This document shows, piece after piece, positions 37,296 to 48,200 of a DNA stretch of 64,000 nucleotides. Made by a program: the position numbers and the translations under genes. The notes under the pieces are model-generated. The model had not been told where the DNA came from and did no database searches. It was given only the letters and a program-made list of their open reading frames with translations. Position 1 is the first letter of the stretch. The number at the start of each line of letters is the position of its first letter. Origin of the DNA: Giardia intestinalis (lineage: Eukaryota); the NCBI GenBank assembly GCA_000002435.2, contig CM018793.1; one strand, given 5' to 3'.

Positions 37296-39809
37296 TCACT
37301 GCCCATAGTTTCTTATTAGAGACCAAATCTCGCTTGTCTTAGCATAATCAAGCGCAGTCTTTCCGGTGCCTGTTGTCATGTGGGCTTCCTGAGCAAGCAG
37401 CATTTGGACAGAAGCATACTTTCCATCAGCGGCCGCCATCATAAGGGCTGTCACGCCCTGGCCCATATTATGACGGTGATTGGTAGTCATGGTTGCTTCC
37501 TTTGGAGCAAGAAGCTCGACGATATTGGCGTGATCACTCTTTGCAGCCCACATAAGAGCAGTTCCGTTGTCGTTTTGCCGCATTCCACCTTCACGCTTCA
37601 ACAATAACCTTGCACAGTTAATGGCACCGTTGCGTGCAGCAGCCATAAGCGCCGAAAAGCCTGCTCCATGGGTGTCTTTGTCGTTGCTGCACATTCCTCC
37701 TTCGGTCTCCAAAAGGAGCTCTGCACAGGCTAGATGATCACGGCTACATGCATACATCAACGCAGTCCAACCGATCTTGTTCTGGATACCCGTCTCTTTC
37801 TCCATAAGCACCCGAACAATCTCTGTGTGGCCTTCCTGAGCTGCATACATTAAGGCCGTCCCCCCATCAGTTTTCTGGAAGCATGCTTCAGCTTCCAAAA
37901 GCAACTGTACAGAGTCTATGTGGTTATTCTGTGCTGCCCACATGAGCGCCGTGGAGCCCCAATTTGTGGAAATCCCTGCCTCCTTCTCTAGCAGAATACG
38001 CACAACCTCTCCGTGGCCCCTTTGAGCGGCAAACATGAGAGCAGTGCATCCTTCCTGATCGACAAGCCCGCCCTGTAGAGGAAGAAGGGACCAGACGCGA
38101 ACAATATTGTTTTCCTTGGCAGAGATCATTAGCTCGGTCATACATCTATTTTCTGTGCTTACGTCCTCTACACTGATACCCTCTACTCCGGTAAGCACCT
38201 CAGCAACAGAGAAGTATCCACGGAGTAGAGCAATCTCAAGTGCAGTACTACCATCTGGACGCTTCATCCCACCTTCGCGCTCGACAAGGTACCCGGTGAC
38301 TTCAACATTATTACACTCCGCGGCAATCATCAGCGCTGTCTCCCCGAAGTTGTTGATCATTCCGCCCTCCAATTCAAGTAATAGGCTCACAACGGGAACG
38401 CTGTTGGCCTCTGCAGCAAACATAAGCGCAGTCATACCATCGTTATTAGACATACGTGCCTGTGAAAGGAAGGACTTAGCAAGTTGGAGATCTCCTGCTG
38501 CAGCGGCCGTCATCAGCGGGGTCGTTCCAAATTCATCAAGCTCAGGTGGGGATGAGAGAATTTGTTCGATCCTCTGTGCTGACTCTGTCTGAATTAATGT
38601 TACACGCTCTGTGAGCTGTGTAACCTCGTTACGACTTATCGAGAGGTCCTCCATAAGTTCGTTCTTCTCTACTTCAAGACGGTGGAGTTTCTTCTCCAGT
38701 ACCAAGCGCTCTGCCTCATTAGAGTCAATTATACTGAGAAGTTCCTTCTCGTTGGACTCCAAACGTGTTTTTGCGTCCACGACCTCATCAAGAGTAGTCT
38801 TGTAGGCCCTGATATCTTCTTCTGCACGAGCTAGATATATTTTCAGTCTGGAAAGCTCTTCCTCGAGCTCTGGGGCCGACCTTCCTGTCTGAGACGTAAA
38901 TTGGTCGCGCTGAATCTTGGTCTGTGTCAGTTCTTGTGTTAAAACGAGGCTTTCTGTTTTCAGCTCCATGTTTTCTCGTTCGTAAAAAGCAAGCTGATCC
39001 TTCAAAGGCTGTATCTCTTGACAAATCTGTTCGTGCTCTTTCTTTAGGTCATCGTAACGCTTCTTGATTGTAGACACATCGGTGTCTAATTGCTTGAGCA
39101 CTACATTCAATTTTCTTATCTCGTTCTGCTGGCTGAGTACATTTTCGTCCCCTTTTTCTATCATAACTTTTAGAGATGCATTAGTGCTGCGTAACTCATC
39201 TAGCAGCTCAAGCTGTGCTACACAATTAAGACAATAGCGCACACCTGACTGGAGCCCGCTCTTAATTACAGAAAGAAAGGTAACGATGCGCTCATGATTA
39301 CAAGCAGACGCTAAGGATAGCGCCTTGGAAACATCGTCAACGGTAAGCCCTGCAGAGCGAGTTGCAATGAGCTTTACTGCATCAAGCTTGCCGCTGGCTG
39401 CTGCGTGATCCAAAGATGTATACCCGTTTCTGTCTCGTTCAAACCCAAAATGATTCAGTAATATAGTAAGGGACTCGACGCATCCTGCTTCTGCTGCCAG
39501 CATGAGGGCATTCCTTCCGTCTGGTAGAGTAATACCTTTCTCCAATGGAGCAAGGATGTCACAGGCTCCTGCGTTGTCTCGCAGGGCGGCCATCATGAGG
39601 GCGGTCTTATTATCCCTATTCGTTACCCCAGACTCCTCTGGAGCGAGTAAGCGGATCATTTCGAGATCATTGATGCGGCACGCTAGCATGAGACCTGTCT
39701 CTCCATCTCCGTCATCAGAACCCCTGAATCGCGGAAGTGCAGCACGGATCTCTGCGTACTGCCGGGATGCGATGGAGTCAAACCACTCCTTGCGGCTATT
39801 AACAGGCAT
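37296..39809 (-). CDS. ankyrin-repeat / coiled-coil protein (ANK - coiled coil - ANK; Giardia Protein 21.1-like)
   Basis: ATG verified (cat at 39807-39809). N-terminus MPVNSRKEWFDSIASRQY followed by GETGLMLA ankyrin units. About 250 aa are heptad-rich. The C-terminal ankyrin array carries TALM.AA motifs. Confidence 0.8.
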   Translation of the reverse strand: MPVNSRKEWFDSIASRQYAEIRAALPRFRGSDDGDGETGLMLACRINDLEMIRLLAPEESGVTNRDNKTALMMAALRDNAGACDILAPLEKGITLPDGRNALMLAAEAGCVESLTILLNHFGFERDRNGYTSLDHAAASGKLDAVKLIATRSAGLTVDDVSKALSLASACNHERIVTFLSVIKSGLQSGVRYCLNCVAQLELLDELRSTNASLKVMIEKGDENVLSQQNEIRKLNVVLKQLDTDVSTIKKRYDDLKKEHEQICQEIQPLKDQLAFYERENMELKTESLVLTQELTQTKIQRDQFTSQTGRSAPELEEELSRLKIYLARAEEDIRAYKTTLDEVVDAKTRLESNEKELLSIIDSNEAERLVLEKKLHRLEVEKNELMEDLSISRNEVTQLTERVTLIQTESAQRIEQILSSPPELDEFGTTPLMTAAAAGDLQLAKSFLSQARMSNNDGMTALMFAAEANSVPVVSLLLELEGGMINNFGETALMIAAECNNVEVTGYLVEREGGMKRPDGSTALEIALLRGYFSVAEVLTGVEGISVEDVSTENRCMTELMISAKENNIVRVWSLLPLQGGLVDQEGCTALMFAAQRGHGEVVRILLEKEAGISTNWGSTALMWAAQNNHIDSVQLLLEAEACFQKTDGGTALMYAAQEGHTEIVRVLMEKETGIQNKIGWTALMYACSRDHLACAELLLETEGGMCSNDKDTHGAGFSALMAAARNGAINCARLLLKREGGMRQNDNGTALMWAAKSDHANIVELLAPKEATMTTNHRHNMGQGVTALMMAAADGKYASVQMLLAQEAHMTTGTGKTALDYAKTSEIWSLIRNYGQ

Positions 39810-39840
39810 CCGGTGTTTGCTTTTCAGAATTTACATCAAA

Positions 39841-42753
39841 TCACAGTCTTATTCTGTTCTGCAGGTCCGTTAGGAAGTTCACAATCGATGCCTTTACCTC
39901 TTGGGGTATCTCTCCACCAAGAGAGGCGGCGATATCGATGGGGGACTCCCCTCTTACTGTGCAGATGCTATACTCGGCGAAAAAGAGAGCACCAACACAC
40001 GCTATGTGTCCACGCCTGATTGCCTTGATTAGGGCTGTCTCTCCAAGGCGATTAGACATACCTGCCTCGCCCTTCAGGATCTCGACAAGGTCTTGATACC
40101 CCAGTTCGGCTGCATACATAAGAGCAGTGTTTCCGTACTTATCTCGGCACTGCAACTGAATTGGCACTAAGAGTCGTGCTGCAGAACTAGCTCCGTTCAT
40201 AGCAGCGTACATCAGTGCCGTTCTTCCACTTTCATCGACAAGCCTTCCTTGGAGGCTTATAAGAAGATAGCAGGTGACAATGTCATCCTGTGCTGCCGCT
40301 TCCATCATTTCATTGAATCGATAGTTGAGGGTGGAAACGTCCCGTACATCAATACCCTCATATCTCGCCAGCATACGAGCTGCGACCTCATTGTTTGAAT
40401 TAATGGCGATGTAAAGAGCTGAAGTGCCGTCGGGCTTGGTGCACCGGGCCTCTTTCATGGCGAGCAGATTGACGCCTTCATGGTAGCCTGTCCTAACAGC
40501 TATCATGAGCGCTGTTTCACCGTCATTATTCTGCATCCCAGACTCTTGGGAGATAAGGTTGATAATGGCGTCCCTCTGCTTGTTTAGAGTTGCAAGCATG
40601 AGGGCGGTCATTCCGTTAGAGTTAATGCGCCGTATCTCGTGTGCCATTTGTTGTATGACACTCAAGTCTCCTGCGGCTGCTGCTTGCATCAGCAGTGTGT
40701 CATCTTGTGTCTGGCCTTTGTATGTAACTGTTCCCATTGACATACCTATACCGGGCTGTCCGTGTATTGCAGACACGGCGATTGGATTAAGCATCGAAGC
40801 TGTGAGGCTAGCATCCATCCGCCCTCGTGTATTCGTTCGAGGCCTGCTGGTCACGGCTGAGGCAGAAAGTGGTCTAGTTCTCCGGCTTCCAACTTGCACA
40901 TAAGTATCTGTGTTACCTCCAATAGATCGACGATTATTGTTATGAGTAAATGCAGGCTCTTCTTCATCACCGTCAAGATTGACCGAAATGTTGGACATAT
41001 TGGATGCGCTGAAGTTGCTCAAATGGCTCATATTGGTAGGCGGCAAAAATGCTTGTGCTGGATTGATGACTACGCTAGAGATGGGCATAGATAATTTAGA
41101 ACTTCTTGATTCGTGAAGTTGCTGATGAGACGATGCGGCTCCCAGCTCAGCTGTGCGTCCAACCTTCAGCTGAGCAAGCTCTGTGCTTTTTGCTCCAAGG
41201 ACATCATCTTTCAGCTTGATCTCCTCTACGTAAACCGCTACTTGTCCTTCCAGAATGGAGATCTTTGCCTTTAGATTTACCTTGTCTGCCTCAAGCTCTC
41301 TGATCGTGGCGGAAAGCCTCATGCTCTCCTCTGTTTTCTCCTGAATAATGCGAAGATACTCCTGCTCTGCTTCTCGCAATGCATTTACAGTCCCCTGTAA
41401 CTCCTCACATTCCCTTATGCTCTGATAAAGTTGGTTACTGGTTTCTAACGCTTCTCTTTGCATCTCTTTGTATTCCGGAGGGCCAGCTTCCAATATATTC
41501 ATGAATTCTGCCTTCTCTGTGGCAAGCTGGGTCACTGTAGTTGTCAGCGTGTTCAAGCTCTGTTCCTGACTTGCAACGGTACCGGCAAGCTGCTCGTTGC
41601 TCTCCTCCAAGACATGCAGGGATCCTTGCAACGACCTAACCTGAGATTCCAAGCTGTTACACTTTTCCTTCTCCAGGCTATGGATCCTCGCCAAGGCTGA
41701 ATTCGCCCTGGATTGCTCGGCCAATTGTGTGGATATGGTTAAAACTCTTTCGTCACGCAGATGAAGTTGTGCGCGGACGTTTTGGAGAGTAGCCTCAAGC
41801 GACAGGTTATCTGCTTGTAGACTCTCAATTTTTGTCGTTAGCTCCCGTATGATTCTGTCCATGTCTCTTACAGTGCGACCGTCGCCCGATATATACTGCT
41901 CGCGGATTTCTTGCATTTGAGTTTCTGCTTGTACAACGGCACGTTTCGACCGTTCGGACTCGCTTTTCAACAACCTGAGCTCACTATTGAGTGCATCCTG
42001 GATCTTTGTCTTCTCCTCCAGTTCAGCCTTGAATGCCCGCATAGCTGCTCGCGCAGCATCTAGCGGTGTGCCTTCTGATTGTAGGAGAACCCGCTTGATG
42101 TCTTCGCAGTAGCGCTGCTGCTTTCCTAGATCGCGCCTTGCTTCTTCCAATCGCTTCTTGAAATAGTTGCAATCCTTGCATCGAGAGATTGCTTCACGTT
42201 CTAAGCGCACCACTGCGCGGTCAATGAATGTGATGCTTTCTGAAAGACCTGTTTCTCGAAACTTCTCCTCCAAGTGATTAAGTTCTGAAAGATCTAAGGG
42301 AAATTGCCTTAATAAAACGCCAGCAGCATCGATCTGTGAGGAAAGCAACGCACTTTCCAGGGCTGTGTTTCCATTGCAGTCACACTCATTGGGAATCTTT
42401 GGTGCAACAGCTTCAAGTTCGCTTGCTAGTCCCCGCTCTGCAAGAATGTGAAGTATTGTCTTATTGCGGTTTGTCTTGATGTCTCCTTCAAACTGGTAAA
42501 GAAATTCCGCTGCCTCCCAATGGCCATTAATAACAGAGAGCATGTATGCAGTTAATCCATCTGGTGTTAAAATTCCCTTTTCGGTAGCAGCCAGTATGCG
42601 CACTATCCCAACATCGCCAATTTGGGCTGCCAAGTGAAGCCCCGTTAGTCCGTCTGAATTTACCGAACCCTTGTAGATTCCCAAGTCACTCTTAATCTTC
42701 TCGTAATCTCTGGCAAAGATGGCCGCAAACCAAGCGTCAGAGCTCCCCTCCAT
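39841..42753 (-). CDS. ankyrin-repeat / coiled-coil protein (Protein 21.1-like), tandem paralog of 37296-39809
   Basis: ATG verified. N-terminal ankyrin units, a long central coiled coil (LESQVRSLQGSLHVLEESNEQL...), then a C-terminal ankyrin array. 31-bp spacer to the downstream paralog. Confidence 0.8.
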   Translation of the reverse strand: MEGSSDAWFAAIFARDYEKIKSDLGIYKGSVNSDGLTGLHLAAQIGDVGIVRILAATEKGILTPDGLTAYMLSVINGHWEAAEFLYQFEGDIKTNRNKTILHILAERGLASELEAVAPKIPNECDCNGNTALESALLSSQIDAAGVLLRQFPLDLSELNHLEEKFRETGLSESITFIDRAVVRLEREAISRCKDCNYFKKRLEEARRDLGKQQRYCEDIKRVLLQSEGTPLDAARAAMRAFKAELEEKTKIQDALNSELRLLKSESERSKRAVVQAETQMQEIREQYISGDGRTVRDMDRIIRELTTKIESLQADNLSLEATLQNVRAQLHLRDERVLTISTQLAEQSRANSALARIHSLEKEKCNSLESQVRSLQGSLHVLEESNEQLAGTVASQEQSLNTLTTTVTQLATEKAEFMNILEAGPPEYKEMQREALETSNQLYQSIRECEELQGTVNALREAEQEYLRIIQEKTEESMRLSATIRELEADKVNLKAKISILEGQVAVYVEEIKLKDDVLGAKSTELAQLKVGRTAELGAASSHQQLHESRSSKLSMPISSVVINPAQAFLPPTNMSHLSNFSASNMSNISVNLDGDEEEPAFTHNNNRRSIGGNTDTYVQVGSRRTRPLSASAVTSRPRTNTRGRMDASLTASMLNPIAVSAIHGQPGIGMSMGTVTYKGQTQDDTLLMQAAAAGDLSVIQQMAHEIRRINSNGMTALMLATLNKQRDAIINLISQESGMQNNDGETALMIAVRTGYHEGVNLLAMKEARCTKPDGTSALYIAINSNNEVAARMLARYEGIDVRDVSTLNYRFNEMMEAAAQDDIVTCYLLISLQGRLVDESGRTALMYAAMNGASSAARLLVPIQLQCRDKYGNTALMYAAELGYQDLVEILKGEAGMSNRLGETALIKAIRRGHIACVGALFFAEYSICTVRGESPIDIAASLGGEIPQEVKASIVNFLTDLQNRIRL

Positions 42754-42940
42754 GAAAGCTATAACGTCTGCAGAACGATTTCCGATTTTTGCCTTTCTAG
42801 TTTACTAGTCCTTTACTGGCTCTTTTGGTTTCAGTCACAGGATAGTTTGTCCTATAGATGTAGATCTTGGTAACAAGATAATTGCATATAAGATCAGTGT
42901 GGACGCGGCACACCTGCACTACTCTCCAGCTGTGGCCGGG

Positions 42941-44197
42941 ATGTTCATCAGCCGGGAGGTTGTGGACGAGTGCTTCCACTGCCTGGACTTGCTGGGAACA
43001 AATAACTACATGACCTCCAGCGACTCAACCGCGTACATCGTCCAGCCGCTCTCGAGCCGCTTCGTCGCGGCCCTGTACAGAGGGACGGTCTACTCCCAGA
43101 CACACAGCATGGATCCGTGCAACCGCTACGCCATGTCCAACGCGGAGGCGCTGGTCTTCATGATGGCCTACGTGACCCATCTCTTCACCCTTCCCCTTAA
43201 CGAGTCCAAACAGGTTGAGTGGGACGTGCTGCGCGGGTGCCCCGTATGCCTCGTCAACGGGGGCTGCCGGTGCGTACGAGTGAGCTGGCCTGCCGTCAGG
43301 AGCCCCGACTCAAAGTCTGCCCCACAGAACTACGTGACCGTTCGGTGCCTGACGTCGGACTTCTTCTGGACATACGAGCAAAGCTCTAGCAGCTATGCTA
43401 GCCTTGAGGAGTACTTCGATAAGCATTACGTGGCCCAGGACCCCATCACAGCCGCAGTGTTTGAAAACGGCAGGCTGGTCAACGCCCACTTCAATCCCAA
43501 GAAGCGCTACGACGCGGTCCTGTTCAGACGAGCGGACAGGGCGGACAGAGAAGACAATAGCACAAACCCCGAGCCCCGGGCGAGCTCGTGTTACCCGGAA
43601 TTCATGCTTCCGTGCCTCTACAACCCGACCACGCGCATCAACTATCCCGGGTACCTATTCAGACAGTGCCTCTTCGACGCAGCGGGCTGCATGATCGGGC
43701 AGTCTGTCGCATCCCGGCTCATCGACATGCTCTTGTATCCGGCAGGGCCCCGGGTGCAGCAGAAGGAGGAAGCCGGCGATGCTTGCACTCCCGCTGCCTT
43801 AGAGTTGTTCAAGAGAGCAGCAGGGTTTGGAGAAGACATGCCACTGCTTATCCTTAACGCCATCAGCACGCTGCACGGTGTGAATCTCCTTAGGACTCTG
43901 CCGCCCTCTCAATTCGACAGCGAGGCAGAGATCGAGGCCCTGGCAGAGCACCAGAGGACGGCATCTTTCAAGGACGCACTGCTGGCAGCAACGCACAGCC
44001 ACAGCGAATACGTCAACGTTATGACGACGTTCTGCGAAGAGAATGTCACGCTGAAGGCGGGAATGAACGACAACGTGTGCAAGATGGAGCACAACATGGG
44101 GTACCTCATCCACGCGCGGTATGAGTCGTCCAACGACCAGGTTCGAGGAACGGTGCTGCGGTTCGCTGGATTTGTAATAGGTTACATGCCCAACTGA
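42941..44197 (+). CDS. hypothetical protein (418 aa from first ATG), GC-rich gene
   Basis: The track start 42899 is GTG; the first in-frame ATG is at 42941. Antisense and alternative frames stay open because of high GC. No named domain. The 3' end overlaps the convergent TatD-like gene by 16 nt. Confidence 0.5.
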   Translation: MFISREVVDECFHCLDLLGTNNYMTSSDSTAYIVQPLSSRFVAALYRGTVYSQTHSMDPCNRYAMSNAEALVFMMAYVTHLFTLPLNESKQVEWDVLRGCPVCLVNGGCRCVRVSWPAVRSPDSKSAPQNYVTVRCLTSDFFWTYEQSSSSYASLEEYFDKHYVAQDPITAAVFENGRLVNAHFNPKKRYDAVLFRRADRADREDNSTNPEPRASSCYPEFMLPCLYNPTTRINYPGYLFRQCLFDAAGCMIGQSVASRLIDMLLYPAGPRVQQKEEAGDACTPAALELFKRAAGFGEDMPLLILNAISTLHGVNLLRTLPPSQFDSEAEIEALAEHQRTASFKDALLAATHSHSEYVNVMTTFCEENVTLKAGMNDNVCKMEHNMGYLIHARYESSNDQVRGTVLRFAGFVIGYMPN

Positions 44198-44985
44198 GCA
44201 GCACTGAGACCAGGAGGCAGCAGCTCGTGCCGGCGCCAGTTGTCCCTCACAAGAGAAAGCGCCTCGTCCCTGGATAGGCTGCGCTCAGACGCAAGAACCT
44301 CAATCGCGGTCGCCATTGACCTGTCCCAGTCGTCCTGGTCCTCGCGGTACCAGTCCGTCTCCAGAAGCAGGCACTCCTTGTCAGACTTCCGTATGCACGC
44401 CCGGGTGGCCTTGTTTGCCTCTGTGAAGTGGGACACGGAAAGGAGCACGCGTCCGTGGCATGTAGAGACGGCAGCCTGCAGCTTGCGGAATGTCTCGTGG
44501 GTCCCGTTGTAGGAGTGCATTATAATGCTGCGATTGTAGCTGGCATACTTCCTGGCCATGGCCTCCAGCTGCTCCGTGAAGATAGGCCAGAGGCCAGGCT
44601 TACGAGAGATGATGTGGACGTTGCAGTCCCTGTTCATCTCGAAGGCCATCTCCAGCTGCGGGGAAAAGTAGCGGGTCTGTGTGTCCAGTGGAGAGTCAGC
44701 CAGCGCGGCCGGCCGAGTGTCCAGGCCTATCTCCCCCACAAACGCGGTCTGGTCCGCAGCCAGCCTTGCTCTGACTTCAGCCAGTGTCGCTGCAAGATCG
44801 GGGTGCATGTGCAGGTAGTACGGGTGCACTCCGTACCCGACTCGTACAGAGAGGGGATGGATCCTCCTGAACTCGGCAAGGTCTTCGAACTGAGTCGGAT
44901 CTGTGGCGTTCAGGAGATAGACGTGGTCCGGCCTGAACCAGGTGCCGATAAACGCCGGACTGAAGTGGCAATGGGCGTCAAGCAT
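44182..44985 (-). CDS. TatD-family metal-dependent hydrolase / DNase-like protein
   Basis: Motifs in order: LDAHCHF, VGEIGLD, VHIISRK, LLLETDWY. The track start at 45009 (MPPGATLK) is an ATG. I prefer the ATG at 44985 (MLDAHCH...) because ttaaaATG precedes it and TatD proteins normally start at the first metal-binding His motif. Confidence 0.75.
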   Translation of the reverse strand: MLDAHCHFSPAFIGTWFRPDHVYLLNATDPTQFEDLAEFRRIHPLSVRVGYGVHPYYLHMHPDLAATLAEVRARLAADQTAFVGEIGLDTRPAALADSPLDTQTRYFSPQLEMAFEMNRDCNVHIISRKPGLWPIFTEQLEAMARKYASYNRSIIMHSYNGTHETFRKLQAAVSTCHGRVLLSVSHFTEANKATRACIRKSDKECLLLETDWYREDQDDWDRSMATAIEVLASERSLSRDEALSLVRDNWRRHELLPPGLSAAQLGM

Positions 44986-44986
44986 T

Positions 44987-45250
44987 TTAAGTGTCGCCCC
45001 TGGGGGCATCGGAGAGATCAGCGTGGGTCTGGAAGAACTGTCGGACGTCCTCAGCAGTAGCAGGGGGCTCTTCGAGCTGGCCGCTCCGCTGGCGGTGGGC
45101 CTCGGACGACAGGTGTTGCACCAGGGTTAGGGAGTCCTTGAAGGCGAGATCGCACAGCGTGCACCTCAGACAACCGCTGGATGCACGCTTCCCGTCGTCG
45201 ATGACGGTCTGGGTGCCAGAGAGGGCGACCAGCTGCGCATACCTCGACAT
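44987..45250 (-). CDS. small C2H2 (U1/matrin-type) zinc-finger protein, ZNF593/Bud20-like pattern
   Basis: The track ORF 44987-45292 begins with GTG; the first ATG is at 45250. The single finger LRCTLCDLAFKDSLTLVQHLSSEAHRQR has the C-x2-C ... H-x5-H spacing of the zf-met/JAZ class. Its stop TAA lies 1 nt before the TatD ATG (TAAAATG). Confidence 0.4.
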   Translation of the reverse strand: MSRYAQLVALSGTQTVIDDGKRASSGCLRCTLCDLAFKDSLTLVQHLSSEAHRQRSGQLEEPPATAEDVRQFFQTHADLSDAPRGDT

Positions 45251-45294
45251 GCGGACGGTGTCCGTGCGGTCAATTTTCGTTGGTCCATTCACTC

Positions 45295-48200
45295 CTATAT
45301 CTCCGGACGCTTCACCGCGCCAGGACCCAGAGGGGCTCCGGAAACAATGCTCTTGGAAACTATCAGAGGCGGTAGTTTGGAGTTATTGGAAGAGCCCTGC
45401 AAGCTAACACCGTCCGCAAACGACCTCGTGTTAGGTGTGCTAATGTTTGAGTCTCCAAGGAACGAGTTGTTCCGGCTGAGCGGTAGCGTCTTCTTGTGCT
45501 CGTCCTCTGCGTGCTTTCCAAGAGAATTGTCGGGAACCTTTGTAGTGGACTTGCTCTTGCCTGGTGCGCGGAACTTGAACTTGTCCATTATGTTCTGAAT
45601 CCACTGTGGTCTCGGGTTCTTCTTGCGATATACTAGGAAGTACCAACATAGCACGCCGACAATCGCCCCAATGATGAGAACCGCAGCGATGCTGCCTCCT
45701 ATAGCTGCTCCAGACTGCTTTTTAGTCACTGCTCCTGGTCCAGGAGGGTTTGGCGGTACATCTGGATTAGGATTGGGCTGTGGATCAGGGACAGGATCCA
45801 ACGGCACATCCTCTTCATCATTGTCTCCGTAGATTGGGCCCGTATCAGTTATCGTATTATCAGCTTCTATTTCTGCATCAATCTTTTCTCGCACTTTGGG
45901 TGTATCATCAAGAGCCGCTTCCTCTGGAGTCTTGATGTTCAAAGAGACACAACCGTCGCCGTGCGTATTAACAATCTGGCCAGCCGGACATGTGGTGCAC
46001 TCGTTTGAGCCTGGCGCTGAGTACTCAGAGACTTTGCAAGGCGTGATAGTAACGTATGTGGAGTTGCTATTGGGTTGAGATGCGTCTCCAATATCAACGA
46101 CGTTTTCGTCAGACAGTGCACGGTTAAGCCTCACAGGACCGTTGCTCCATTTGGCGCGGAGCTGCTCCAAATGATGCAGGCGATCGAACGCACTGAACCT
46201 GTGGAACTTCTTCTCAAAGTGTGGAAGACCAAAAACAGGCGCTGCCCAGTGCAGGGAAAGAGTCTCAAGTACTTGCAGCAACTTTGCACGACGGAGAAGG
46301 CGTTGACCGGCAGGGGTCACCTCGCACTTGTGCCCTCGGGGACATTCGCGACACCCAACATTTGGTTCCTCGACTGCCCAGTATGAGAGGTGCTCCAGGC
46401 CTGGCCTCCTCCAGCGAGCATCGCCGGTGCTGGACTTGCCTGATACCATGATTGTGCCATCAGCACTCTTGATTGGACATGCTTGGAATGACAGAGGAAG
46501 GCAAACAGACATGCGATCGCGGTGCGAATAGTAATTTCCATAGCACGGGTACGCAACGCCGGAGATGCAACGGAATCCAGCTGGACACGGCTTGGGGTCC
46601 TCTCCAGAAAGGCAATAATAGCCTGTGCGAGGGCACGGGCGACACGTCTTCGTATCCTTGTCGTAATACATGTTTCCATTACAGGGATAGAGGCCCTTTG
46701 CAGTCCCGTCAGCGTTGTACTGGAAGTAGAAGGGCGCGTCGTATGTGAGCTCCTTTTCATTGGCTGCCGACGGCGAGTCGAAGCGGTCAATATTGGTATA
46801 AGGAGTCTTGCATACAGATGCACCATCTTCGGAGTAGTGCCCAAAGGGACAGCGACGCATCACACTGTCTTTGCAATAATACCCGGCGTGACACGGCTCA
46901 CAGGCATACGTCCCATTCGCATGAAGCCAGAGATACTTCCCATTCTCACAGCGAAGGTTAGTGTGCTGGAATCCGTCATCAGAGAATTGGTGCGGAGGAA
47001 CATGGACAAGCTGCTCCTGTTTGAGGCTTTCCGGAAGAGTCATCTGACACTCTGTATACGAAGTTTCAAAGTTACATACTGCACTTGACCTAGAAGACGG
47101 GGCAGCGTCAAACACAGTAACCTGGAATGGCTGATACATATACCCAGTGATATTGCGCCATGCCTCGCCCTTAAAGTTGGCTGAGCGGACCCTGAAGTTT
47201 ATAGTGCCATTCCTAAGATCCTGTTGCTTTCCATATCCGTTCATGACGTGGCGGACTCCGACAAGATACACATCCTTATTAAACGCAAAGCGAAGGGACG
47301 TGCTGGTTATCCCGCCTCGAATGCGGAACTCTGTGTCCTTATAGAGAATGCTGTAGTTAAAGCGAAGACTCGTAGAGATAAAGCGCTTATTCCCAGGCTG
47401 TGAGTTAATAGACTTCTGCACGACCTTCATCATGCGCGTATCAATAACGTGGGTCTTTTCAACCGTGTCAATGTAAACCACGAGGCCGCTAGGAAGGTCG
47501 CTATCAAAGTCAAGATAGAACTCGTAATTGGTATTGTCTTGGCCACGCGCATAGAGGTTGTGCCAGCGGTGTGCGCGATAAAGAGTTCTGCGGTTGATCT
47601 GAGACCAGCACTCCTGGTCAAGTGGTTGGCCCACTTTCAACGCTGCGGGGGTAAGCAAGAAAGTCCCAGCAGTGTAATTCATATGCGAGAACGCAACACG
47701 ATCGACGTCATTAATTGAGTTGGCGATTATCCTTGCCCATCCCCTGCGTGCGTTGGTTCCGTTGGCAAAGAACGCTGCCGAGGAAGCTGAAAAGCCGCAC
47801 TGGACGTTTGTCCACTCCACACGAAAGACGTCCGAGTGGGGTTCCATATCACGATCGGCAAGTGTCCTAGAGTTAGAGTCGTACACAATCTGCATCGGCA
47901 AAGCAGTCCAATCAGCACCAAAGACAGCTAAATACCCATTTGTGCCAAGAGATTGAAGGACATTGTTGTTAGTTCCGTCCCACCAGTAATAATACGGGAT
48001 AACGGTACGGTTATATGTAGACAGGCCTTTGAAGACATAGTATTGGTCGCCACGTCCTCCCGATTTGGCAGTTATATACTCAGTATAAAACTGATAAGCT
48101 TCCTCAAAGCTCGGGTTGACTATACTTCTGTCTTTCCACTGGAACTCGACGTCAATACCATACTCCCCAAGGCCGCCCATGCGATAGAGCCTGTGATCAG

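Noticed and set aside
44428-45407. 210-aa and 138-aa plus-strand ORFs overlapping the TatD-like and ZnF genes
   Set aside because: They are antisense to genes with clear motifs in a GC-rich stretch. The products are Arg/Gly/Pro-rich low complexity.
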